64,000 nucleotides of DNA from Moniliella sp. 'wahieum' (Eukaryota): NCBI GenBank assembly GCA_003971905.1, contig RSEE01000015.1:1-64000 (forward strand), read 5' to 3'. This document shows positions 52,800 to 64,000 of this stretch, piece by piece. Below the pieces are notes generated by a model. The model ran no database searches, had not been told where the DNA came from, and saw nothing but the letters and a program-made list of their open reading frames with translations. The position numbers and the translations under genes are program-made. Within the stretch, counting starts at the first letter, position 1. Every line of letters begins with the position of its first letter.

Positions 52800-55700
52800 A
52801 TGGATCCCGCATCTCTCAGCCGCATCGCTTCCGCAATGCAGCGCCCTCGTCCGTCGGCCTGCCCTCGCCGCTCGCTCTCCTGGCAGCTGAACGGCGGAGG
52901 CCAGAGGCTGTCGTCGGGCAGCCGCCTCCATCGCTCCTGCAACCACACCATCCCGATACCCCTCTCTCCACACTCCCCAATCCACCATCGCCACCGCTGT
53001 GGGCCAAGACCGGCCGTGCCGACCCCCGTTCCTGCCAGAGCCACACACGCCGTCCTGAGCGCGCCCCTCATGTCGTCCTCGTCTCGAGAAGCGCTGCCGC
53101 TGCCAATGCCGCACCCGGTCCAGCCTGGCTCCCCGAGCCGCACCCTTGTCTCGGCCGGCACACACTCCTTTTCACGCTCACCGCGATCCTTCCCTTCCTC
53201 CTCCAACCTCTCGTCCCTCTCGTCCTCGCCTACTCCGTCGTTGCTCCCACCCTCGCCCATCACGCCCAACCTGCCCATCACACCTTCGCTTTCTTTGCCA
53301 GAGTGCCACGCCTCCTCTCCGTCTGGCAGAGACTCCGTCTTGGAATCGACAAGTGCCCGCAGTTCTTTCTCCCAACGAAGTGCGCGACCATTGGCCGACA
53401 AGACGACGGCCTGGTGGTCACCTGGATGGATCGATGGTTCCGCTTGGTCGGGTGAAGATGCGCATACAACCTCCCCTTTATCGTCCCAAGACCGCCTGCA
53501 AACCCTCATGCCCCCAAACCGCGTCCCTACACCCGAACGTTCCGCCACCATCACCCCGGCCTGGTACCCGCCCACGTCCAGGCACACTCCTCATTCGTCT
53601 GCCTACGTGGCTGCGGATACAATAACCGGCACCGCCATGGTAGCTCAGAGTCCCGAACCGGTGCACATGGATCTGGGTCCCTCTCCCTCCAAAGCAGGCA
53701 CTGCCCCACCAGGTGATGAGATAGCTTGGTTGATCAATGCGTATTCCACCGATGTACGTTCGTCGGCCGCGTCTGGACATGCTTCACGCCCAGCCCCCAC
53801 GGACAACAAACTGCACTCGGTCTTATCTCCCGTCCCTTCCACCGCGGCAGTATCGCAGCGTCGTCTTACCAAGTGGAGAATACTACTTGGGACCATAAAA
53901 CCAGTGCTTTCCCCCCCTTGGCGCCTACGGTCCAAGTCCGATCGGACGACGGACTGGCTTTCCGTCAAATCCCGTACCACCACAACATCTCCGAGACCAA
54001 CTTGGTCCTCGATGCACATGAAGACGTGGAGGAAGCCGAGCGTGTGTACGGTGGTGGTACCAGTATCGACGGGATAAACACCAGCTCCACGGCCCAAGCC
54101 CGCCCTTATTCCCATCGTGCATCAAGGAGCACGTCTGTCAACCCTGGGTTGAGCCGAATGGCCCATCAATGCTCAACGGTGCCTTGCCGCCCTGTCGTAG
54201 TGGACAAGATGGAGGGCGTGGGGATGGTGAATATCATGACACGACACTGCGAGGGAGCGCAAGTCGCAGGATGATGATCATGGCAATCAACACTCTCCTA
54301 CCACGGAGTGCTTTGACCATGTCCATGGCAGCTATGATGGGCCGTACATTGCCCCTCTTCTTCCGGAAACGCCTCTGTCGTGGTCCCACATTGTCAGAAA
54401 GCCAGTCATTCGCCAATGGCTGTATGATGGAAAGTGAGTCCCACAATCGTATCAGCTACATTGACATGTGATGGCAACATATACTGATACTCGATACCTC
54501 TCTATCAGGTACTATGGTGAAACGCACGAACGGGGGTATCGCGGACCGAACTCGTGTTTGATATGGCAGCTGCTGGTGTTTGTCACATTCTTGCTTCTGA
54601 AGCCGCCGAAGCATCCAATGGGGTGGGCATCGCCAAGTTTGCCATTGTGTTCTACCTTAGTTACTCCATTTGGGGGGACATGCGATCGTGGATCAACCAG
54701 TCCGGTACGGACGATGTGTTGCAACGCCTTGCCGTCCTGGTCTACATGGTTGTAATGGCGGGCTTTGCCGCGAATGCGACGGCGGTCAACATTGTCTTTG
54801 CCGACACAGATGGGTGCCGGGACGAGACGCCTGTCAACAAGGATGAGGGGCTGAGCCGTCGTTGGCTTCCACCCGCCTTGGGCCGTCGTGCCGAGGTGAA
54901 CTCAGGGTTGGGATCGTGTGCAGATACCAGGGCGCACATTGTCGGAGGATACTTCTTTGCTACGGGCTATCGTTCCAGTCTCCATGCAGCAACCGCGTTT
55001 TACGTGTGGGCCAAGGGGATCCGTCTGATTATGCTGGTCTGTTATGGGTATTGGCTCCCGGCGTTCCGTCGGGCGCTATGGATCCAAGCTGGCTGCCTCA
55101 CTGTCCTGGCTGGTATTTTTCTCTCCATCTTGGCTGCTGACAGTTCCATCACGGTAATTGCCCTGACCATGACGGGGCTCGTGACAGATTTAGGACTACG
55201 CTACGCGGTATCGACGGCCACGCAATGGATCCATGGACGCTTCAAGCGGACCTTCAAACCAGGTCATATTCCCAGCCTAGGCCTCGGTCACGTACCCGCC
55301 ATCAACGTGGAGCACATGTCGGAGCGCATGACACTTTTTTGCCTCGTGTCGATTGGTGAAGTGGTCATCTCGAGCATGTTTACAGCGTCATCCAACCCGG
55401 AGCGGTCCGAGGGGGTTTTCCCGCCTTTGGGGCGCTTCGGCCTTGGCCATCACCTGCGCCTTTCTCATCTCATGGCTCACATTTGATGTTCATGGGAGCC
55501 GGACCTATGTGCATGCGCTCCGTCGAGGACCGCTGATCTCTCTCTCCTACACTTCCATCTACTTCCCTCTCTGTGGTGCCGTGGTGCTCCTTGGGTCGGC
55601 CGTGGAACGGATTCTGGACCAAGCCAGCGTCAGTTCCGATTCGATCACTTCCTCATCGATGAGCGAATTGGATGAAAAGCTACGCAGTCGACGTACTGCT

Positions 55701-56565
55701 TCCCTGGGTTGGCTCTTTAGCGGAAGCGTATCGGTCGTGCTTATGTGGCAGTGATTGGGTGCCTGCACAAATCGCTCGACGTTCCTCACACTGCTCTCAT
55801 CTCTACTCGGGTTCGCATTGGAGTGCGAGGCGTGGCCGCGGTGCTGTCCGCTCTGGTACCGCTGGTTACCAACCGCGTTGTGAGTCTGCCAGACAGTTCC
55901 TCCTCGACCACTGGGCATCAAGATTCCGGGCAGGAGACCAAGGAGACGTTGCAAGCCGAAACGCATCCCTTGCCCCTGCTTGGCATTCAGGCCGCTTTAC
56001 TTCTCGTGCTTGTCAGCTTTGAAGTCATCTCCAAAATCGGCTCGGTGGGCAAGTCGTACGACCCGCATCGTGCCGCAATCCGCCACCACGAGCAGATGCA
56101 AGCTCGAGCACGTGCACGACGGACACCAGGGATCAGCGTTGCGTTCCCCGGCTTGGGATCCTCCATGCGAACCAGCGATGAGGACGGCTTTGGTCGGCCC
56201 AGTCGAACCGCCGCCGGGTTTCTCTCCAAGACCGGGACCGGGTGGGACTGCGCCACGCCACGTGCGAGTTTGGGAGATTCCCTATTGGCTTCCGGTCCGA
56301 GGCGTCGTTGAGCCGGGTGGTGACTGTGGACGAAGGGGAAGAGCCGCCGTCACCTGGGTTGCTACGCCGCTTCGTATCGCCCCTCTCTCCTACTACGTCC
56401 GCGCCATCGCATCTGCCAGCTCCGGGCCTGGCCACCGATTGGCACGAGTACAGCGACCTCAGCCCGGCGGAGCGCGGCGTGGCTGACAATGGGGCTGAGA
56501 GCATAGGCCATGTTCACCCCCGGGTGTTGCGTACGTCGATGCGGTGGGCTCTGTTGGCCCACTAA
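52800..56565 (+). CDS. LtrA (low-temperature requirement A)-family multi-pass membrane protein with long disordered N-terminus
   Basis: GETHER...ELVFDMAAAG, YSIWGDMRSWINQSGTDDVLQRL, PAINVEHMSERMTLFCLVSIGEVVIS (LtrA ER..LF..I.LGE signature) and many TM segments. Intron at ~54468-54508. Confidence 0.75.
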
Positions 56566-57285
56566 AGACGGGCTTTGTTTGTTTTCCCATTGTATACACC
56601 CCCACACCAACAGACGTTCCCTCCATACACTGACTTTCCCTATTGTATTACCCTGATACCGTTTTTGCTGCACCACATCAGTTCCACCTTTTGTCACTCG
56701 GACGCTCCCTCCCTTTTCGTGAGATCCCCCAGCTATATCCCGACGGGATGGCAGCAACCCAATTTACACCACCTCTGCTGGCGTCCCTCTATACCTGTGG
56801 CTGCATTGTCATAGACTCTCCCACGTGCACGCTGTATTCCCTCCAATGTGCATTTTCTTAAACAACCACACGCGTTGGCACCACCGCTGCGATCGGATGC
56901 GTCTTATCACACCACTGTCAACCGTACGCCCACGGCCCAAGGCGCGTGCGTGGGGCAGGCCTGGCAGCCAGCAAAAGTGGCCGAGACGGAGTGGTCTGCT
57001 GCGCACGCCAGTGCTGCGCACCGCTGCGCAGCAGCGTACCCCAGCACCGCTGCGCTCGGGCCACACCTCCATCCGAAGGGGGCACGCTCCCCGCGCTCAC
57101 CTAAGGCCAAGGATAGATTGAACATTGCAGCCCATCTGGTGCGATTGTGGCGCTGTGCGGGGGGCGGTATATAATGGCTGTCGCCAATCGCTCGATTTAT
57201 CAGGCCGCCACTGGCCACACGCCCTGCTTTTGCCACCCCACCGCCACCACTCTTGGGCGCCCCCACCCTCCCTCTCACCGTCTCC

Positions 57286-58520
57286 ATGCCGCCTGTTGCC
57301 TCTCGCCCTCCCAGCTACGACGAGACACGCCCTTTCCTCGCCGACGTGCCCGACGAGGAAAAGCCAGCTGTGCCTCTCCCCGCCCCGGCCATCAGCATTG
57401 AGGTCGATGCCGGCACGGATGCCGAACAGGCCTCCAGCCCCGTGTGCACTTGTGCCCAGCATGGATCGCACCGCCGCCGCACCGGACTCTTGGCCTTGGC
57501 CTTGGCACTCCTCTTGTATGCCGGCGGCATTTGGCTCTTATTGACGTCGCTCGGCTCGGTATGCATCTCCTCTGTCGACGGGATGGCGCAATCATTAATC
57601 ATTGCTGACCCTTTCGTTTGACTTGCTCATCCGCCAGGCCCATAAACAGTACCAACGCCACGCCCAGATGATGCAGGCTACCCACGGGTACCCGGCCGAT
57701 CCAGAGCTATGGGCGACGACCGTGGCTCAAACCACTTCGATCGAACGTGTGCAGCCTGGGTACTCGGAAATGGACGTGAACCCAGCGCATTTGAGGTGTG
57801 TGCGACGCTGGAACCGGGCAAAGAAGTGGAGATTCCAGTGGTAGTGCACCATGGCGGCCACTTCCTTATTGGTTGGTCCTTCTCGGGTGTCAAAGAACTG
57901 GCTTTCACACGGGCCGGCCCAGTGGGCATCCCGCCGCCTCACAAGAAGCCTCCGCACAAGAAGCCGCCGCACGGGCCGCCCAAGCTCCCGATCCCAAGCA
58001 AACACCCGATCCCAACTGGGTGGCCCAAGCCCCCCACGGCGGATCTTGACACGCCTCTGGACCAAGAGGGGTTGAAGCCCAAGCCGCCCAAGGACCACCC
58101 CAAACCGTACAATGTTACGGTGAGTGTTTCCCGCGCTGCGACGGCCGGGCCGGATGTGTTTGTGTGTGCATACAAGCTTCCTTTGGCCTCGGTTGGGGTG
58201 GGTGCGTTTGGATTGGTCAACGAAACTATCCGGCCTCTCTTCCCCGGCCGCAACGCATCCACCATTGAGACTTGTCCGTCAAGGTCACGCTGCCTGTGGG
58301 CTTCCCCGCCACGGCCGTCGCTCTCCGCGCGCCCATCTTCCCCCTCCGTCCTGTCCCCGCCCCGCCCGCGGACACCATTCTGCGCATCACCCGCGTCACG
58401 TCGATTGTCACCCAGCGCTTGTCGTCGCTCAAGAACCGTATCAAGCAGGCCATTCCGTGCGGTGGCCGTGCCGGTGGTCGTGGTGGCATGATGCGCCACA
58501 TGCCTCCTGCTAGCAACTAG
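57286..58520 (+). CDS. Hypothetical single-pass membrane protein with N-terminal PPSY
   Basis: MPPVASRPPSYDETRP..., TM segment LLALALALLLYAGGIWLLL, probable intron ~57559-57637, and KKPPH repeats. Confidence 0.55.
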
Positions 58521-59142
58521 GCTCGCGTCCTCGTCATTTGGTTTTCGTTGTTTCGTCTTTCTCTCCAGTCGCCTTGTCTTTCCTGACCCTCCATTTTCTT
58601 CTTCTCCCAATCAGCCATCGAGTGGAGGGACGATGTAAATGCCCACAACAAGAACGATGAGGATTCGGTCTTTTTTACTAGTTGACCGGCATGTAGAACA
58701 GGGCTGAGACCAGATGGGGGTTTATAGAGGTGACCATACAGCTAAGTAGTCATCGGCGGTGGATCATTATAGTAGTGTGTGGTCAACTTCGATGTAGCCG
58801 CGGCAGAGGGTGCCAACCGTTCGGGAGCCGCACCTACGCCGCAGCAACACGGTTGCATGCGAGACCCCGAAAAAAGGTTTGGATCCCTGGGTCTTATATG
58901 CTGTGGTCGGACAAGCGAGGCACAGTTCTGCGCCCGTTTTACGCTTGGCCTCCTGCGGCTGTGGAACGACAGTGCATTGCGTTCCGACCGCAGTGCTTGC
59001 CACCACCATGTCAGCTCCGCCGCCCTTCCCACGCCAGTCCTCCCACCTCCATCCCAGCGGCCGTCACGTCGGCGGCGAGGAGGAGCGCTGGGTCGCATCC
59101 GGACCAGAGACAGGTACCTCGTTCCTTGCCCCCGTGGGCGAA

Positions 59143-61307
59143 ATGCAGTCTTCTGAATCGCTCCTGGGCCCGCCCGGACCGGCGACACCCATCCACCGAC
59201 GCCAGCACCTTTCCTTGACGATGAAGGGGCATTCCCCGTTGCACAGCAGTCTCCCCCCTATCCCAAAGCCTTGACCGCGCCTCCTACGCCCGTGGGCAGA
59301 GACGAGAGGGAGAGCGGTGGGTGGCGGGACGGGATGAAGGACACGGTTCCACCCCTCCGTTCTTCCTCCCGCGCCCACTCGCGCCTCTCCCAGCGTCTGT
59401 CCCAGTTGAGTCCCGCTCCGTCGGGGATGGAGCACCGCCTGTCGGTCCCACGGGTGTCCAGGGCCGTGTCGAGCGCAGCCAGTGCGTCGGCCAGCACGGA
59501 GGAGCCGTCGTCGCGCCCGGTCAGTCGGGTCGGATCCGTTCTCACTTCGCTCCAAAGACGCTTTTCCGTTTCGCTGCTCACTTCGCTGGCCTGGTTGCGC
59601 CTGAGCAACCGCCTCCCCTGGCCGGGCACGACGCAGGATCAGGTGCTGTCCGCCACCGTGTTTGGTCCGCCGATCGACATTGCCGCCTTGTCGGGGCAAA
59701 AGGCACAGGCACAGGCACAGTCTTCGTCTTGTCTTCGCCCGTCTTCCCTCCCAGGTGCATCCGCACTGGCTGGCATTGGGTTGCACCAGCTCGTTACTTG
59801 GCTTCAGTGGCAGGCTCAATTCGGATTGACTCGAACTTCCCATGCGCCGCTGGAACCGGTGCAGACCGCGGCCTCGGCGACGGAGGCCGAGGGACCGACG
59901 GGTGTGGGATCGGAACCCATGGCGCCCGGCCCTGGTCCAGGGTTGGCAGGGGACAGGACCGATGCACCCACTTCTGTGGCTGCGGATGCGACCCAACGCT
60001 ACCCCCCACCATGGCAACATGCTCTACTCTTTTGGTGCGGGTGCAGCGTGCGAGCGTGCACGTGGTGCCCCGCAACTCTCCCGACGGGGCTGAGACTCAC
60101 GAGGTGCAAGTCGTGTACGACTGTGCGGCGCCCCAAGTCGAGGCACGGGTGTATGTGCGACACTGGGGTGTGGCGGCGGAGAACGAGGAGGGGAGCGGGC
60201 GCTTTGGTCCGATATTTGGATCTGACACCGACGCGGTTCCCGTCCTGCTGGGTAGCCAAGTGTGGCCCGGAGGTAGGTTTGGTGCACAGGCTACGTTTCC
60301 GCTTGGTTTGGACCGCGTTCTTTCTGCCTCAGCGGCGAATGCTCAGCTGTGGAGGACGCGTGCCTCAGCGTCATCGGCCACCAACAACATCGGCGGGCTT
60401 GGGTACGGCCCGCTATTCGATCGGGGCGAGCGGCACGGAGTTGGGACGCTAGGTACGTGTACTCACCCCAGTTTGGGGAGTTTGGTGGGTCAAGCTAGGA
60501 ATGGTAGTTACTAACCCAGAACGTACTCTTCCCATCGGTCGCTCTCCACAATCCTCTCCCCTTCACACGAAGGTACGAGTCAAGTGGGTGGCAAGGGAGG
60601 ATGAGGGAGACATTTCTACCGACCCCCTTATGGGAGACCAAGAGGCCGAAGCGGCGGTGTGTGCGCTGGATTCGGAGGGTGCAGAGGAAGACACGACGCT
60701 CCAGTTGGCACTAGTTGTGATCGCTTTGGACCATGCCGGGGCGCCGGTACGTCCGGACAATTGTCAGATGACGTACCTCTCTTCGTCGGGACGTCGCGTG
60801 CGAGGTGATGGGTCGCCTCGCAGCTCACGACACGTCCCCTTTGGCGCCCCAAGATACCGGGGAGGCCACCACGTCAAACGCTGCAGGTGCGGGAATCGAG
60901 GAGAACGAGCAGGTCCCAGCTCGTCTGCCGTTGGGCACTTGGACCACTACGGTCTTGCGGCAAGAAGCGATCGTGCATGGCGGGCTTCGGTTTTGCCTTC
61001 ACGCCATCTACGGCTTGGAGGGAGATCAGAACGGCGACCGGGCGACTGGACAAGACGCGCTTGCTTGTCCCATCTGTTATACCGACCCCCCTTATACACT
61101 CTGTCCGGCACCCACAGTGTCTGCGTCGACTGTGCCGTGCAACTGCGCAATGCAACCTACCAAGCTAATTACGGGTCGACCAATCCCGCCTTCCTCAGCA
61201 CAAGAAGAAGTGGGTCAAGTATGCCTGCCCTGTCTGCCGGAAAGGTGAGTTCCACCGTTCCACCTGGTCCACCTCGCGTACCCCTCCCGGTCTCGAGACC
61301 TGCCTGA
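59143..61307 (+). CDS. Hypothetical protein (fragmented ORFs)
   Basis: A chain of overlapping plus-strand ORFs with globular-looking segments (HEVQVVYDCAAPQVEARVYVRHWGV; LQLALVVIALDH). No family recognised and boundaries are uncertain. Confidence 0.35.
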
Positions 61308-61739
61308 CCTTTCGTTCCAGCGTACACTTGCATGGTGAATCTCGAGCGCATCTAGCCGTCCCAATGTTGAGAGGTGAACCTGGAGGCGAGCAAGGAACTA
61401 TGGTTTGGTGGTGTCTGATTGAGCGAGATACAGGAGCACGTGAGCAGCACGTCTTGCGCCTAGACACGACAGGATCGATTGAGAAAGGCCGCATGGGTTG
61501 GTCCAGCTAAACGCTGGGCTTGGTTGGAAGCCTGCAGCAGGGAAACCAAGCGCAGGCCAGAGGATTTTGTCATCACAGAAAATACACGCACAGAGGCGGG
61601 CTGGGCCTAGAGGGAAGGGAAAGGGAAAGGAAAGGGAAAGAAAGGGAAAGAAAGGCAAGGAAATGAGAAAAAAGGTGAACGGGACAGTTGATAGGGTGAG
61701 GGTGTTGGCGCCCACACCCCCACAAGCGAGCGAGGAACG

Positions 61740-62247
61740 TTATTTGGGCGTGCCCGGCTTGATCGCCTTTTTCTTTGGCATCAAGATGGGATGAATGTGA
61801 GGCAAGACGCCTCCGCCGGCAATTGTAGCTTTGACCAACGCGTCCAACTCGCCATCGCCGCGAATGGCCATTTGAAGGTGCCGGGGCGCGATGCGCTTCA
61901 GGTTGGATTGCTTGGCGACTGAACCGGCGAGCTCCAGCACCTCGGCCGTGAGGTACTCGAGGATGGCGGCCGTGTACACGGCCGCTTTGGCACCGACGCG
62001 CACTTGGCCCTGGGAGCGCTGCTTGAGCCGCCGGTGGATGCGGCCGACAGGGAACTGGGCACGCAGCGCAGTGTCAGTAGCCTACGCCAAGGCGGGGGGC
62101 GGGGGGGGGGCAGAGCGCGCAAGGACACCCGAGGGAGAGAATACGCACCTGCAGGCCAGCACGGGCACTTTGCGTGTGGGCGTCGCCTTGGTCTTGGCAT
62201 CGCCAGGGGGCATGGCCTTGCCCGCCGCCGCCAGGCTTGGGAGGCAT
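61740..62247 (-). CDS. HTZ1: Histone H2A.Z (divergent)
   Basis: [18 protein letters not shown]...[26 protein letters not shown]...[31 protein letters not shown]. Intron at 62055-62148. Confidence 0.92.
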
Positions 62248-63701
62248 AGTGGTGGGAGGAGGAGGAGGCGGAGGGCTAGGCGGGGGGTGCGGGGGATGCG
62301 GCAGGCCCGGCGGAGGAGACGAGGAGCAGAGGCGCGGCAGGAGGCGCGAGCAGAGGTGGGGGTGGGCAGGAGCAGGCCAGGCGGCACGCGACCGCTAGTA
62401 CGACGTACACCGGCTGCTCCCAGGCAGCTGGGCGCGGGAGGAAGCGACGCAGTACGGCGCTCTTGGCAGCCAGCCTGAGCACGCGCAGCGCCCGGCGCAG
62501 CGCCAGTGTGCACCGGGGCGGCGTAGAGTTTGAAAGTGGCAAAAGCCGAGCTGGGCGAGTATATCGCCTGCTCCTGGGGCCGTGCCCCGTGCCAGCACCG
62601 CACCACACCGCGCTCGTGCGCACGCCCGGTGCCCACACCCTCCCCTGCCGTGTGCACCGACGTCGATGGGGCTGCTCGGCGCCCACCCTGGCCCAAGGGC
62701 GCCCCCCCTGCACAGCCAGATCACATCGCATCGCGCCCCGTCCTGTCCTCCCGGGCTGGCCTGGAGACCTCCCGGGCTTCCGTCGCTTCAGCTGTCGTCC
62801 CAGGTCAAGCTTCCACGGCTTCCAGCTTCAAGGCCGTCCGGAGGATCCGATGGAACGGCGGCGTCCCTGCAGGCCATGGTGGACCAAGGTACGCATGCGT
62901 CGGGGTGTGGGCCAGGGCGGGGGATGGATGGGCAGCGATGCGGGTAGCTTGGCGGCCAGCAGGCGGGATGGGCGACGGCAACGGCAACGGCAACGGCAAC
63001 GGCGACAGCGACAGCGACGACGACGACGACGACGAAAGGCAGCAGAATGACTGTGAGCATGTGAGGCATGCAGCCGCGCAGGCGTGGCTCCCGTTTGCCC
63101 GATTCCGCCCTGGCGTCCCACATGGGTGACCAGGTTCACCGGTGGGGCCTAGCCGCCTCTGAGATCTGACGGTACATTTCAAAACGCAACCCCGGCCAGG
63201 CGGCGGGAGTTGAGTGCCAAGTACGCGCCCGCGCATCGGACATTGGCTTCTCTCGGGCTTTAGCGCGCAGCAGGCGTCACGCGTCCTGAGGCGTCACGCG
63301 TGCTGCGGCCTCAGGCTGGCTGGGACAAAGGGACCAGAGCAAGTGGGCGCGAACGGGTGCTGCGCTGGGCGCCCCCCCGCCGGCACGCGTGGCGGCAGTG
63401 TTGTGCTGCGCCGGCCGAACATCGGCAGGCCGCGCAGGGGGGCAGTGCTGGGCGTGCGCCGGCCCCACACAGCGCCTGTGCTGGCCGTGCCAGCTGCGAC
63501 CAGCCCAAGGCACGGCGCCCAGGGCGCGGTGCAGGCTGGAGGCGGGGCGCGTGCCTGCCTGCATGCATGCCTGCCTGCCTGCGCGTGCCCGCACCGGCGC
63601 ATGCGTCCCTCCGCGGTGGCACGCTGCGCCCCCCCTCCCCCACCACCCACCTCGCGCCTCGCACTCGCGCCTCGCACCACCACCTCTCCCCTCCACCAGC
63701 A

Positions 63702-64000
63702 ATGTCGGCTCAGGACGTACGTCGCCTCTGCTCCTGCGCCCCTCGCGCCCACCCCGCGTCGTGGCTTGCTGACTGCGTGCTCCAGTACTACGGCGGCGGC
63801 GCCCCCCAGCAGGGCTACGGCGCTCCCCAGCAAGGCTACGGCGCTCCCCAGCAGGGCGGCTACTACCCCCCTCCTCCTCAGCAGGCCTACGGCGCCCGCC
63901 GCAGCAGGGCGGCTACTACCCGCAGCAGCAGCAGCCGCAGACGGTGTATGTGCAGCAACCTGCCCAAAAGAGCGGTGGCGGCGGCGATGGGTGCTGTGCC
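63702..64000 (+). CDS. CYSTM (cysteine-rich transmembrane module) protein, truncated by window end
   Basis: MSAQD|intron 63717-63785|YYGGGAPQQGYGAPQQGY...QPQTVYVQQPAQKSGGGGDGCC, i.e. Y/P/Q repeats running into the Cys-rich module. Confidence 0.8.
   Translation, partial: MSAQDVRRLCSCAPRAHPASWLADCVLQYYGGGAPQQGYGAPQQGYGAPQQGGYYPPPPQQAYGARRSRAATTRSSSSRRRCMCSNLPKRAVAAAMGAV

Noticed and set aside
62940..63050. MGDGNGNGNG..DDDDDD ORF
   Set aside because: Low-complexity (GGCAAC)n/(GAC)n microsatellite in the H2A.Z/CYSTM intergenic region, with no recognisable domain.

Overview
GC-rich, intron-poor eukaryotic DNA, almost certainly from a basidiomycete fungus. Short GT..AG introns carry GTACGT/GTGAGT donors and CTAAC/CTGAC branch points. 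About 26 protein-coding genes are tightly packed: BDF1, DHH1, glutaminyl-tRNA synthetase, IMPDH, PalA/Rim20, a Vps71/SWC6-like HIT zinc finger, a PB1/ubiquitin-like + degenerate retropepsin protein, an arrestin-like protein, a GPI protein, TPR, CCT1, oligoribonuclease, PPR, GH18 chitinase, an ArsB-like permease, a beta-flanking-like protein, SWI3/SMARCC, USP, MED25-like, RPL12, LtrA-like, H2A.Z and CYSTM. Most genes are broken by 1-bp frameshifts, most likely unpolished long-read errors, so boundaries were stitched by eye. Highlights: (1) a SWI3/RSC8-type gene carrying the animal/plant BAF155-type MarR-BRCT-chromo N-terminal module; (2) a MED25-like gene (VWA + ACID-like + QA tract); (3) a box C/D snoRNA (snR54-like) in the IMPDH intron; (4) a Ddi1-like architecture with an apparently dead retropepsin; (5) a divergent H2A.Z, in the same window as BDF1 and VPS71. 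All homology calls come from recalled motifs, not database searches.
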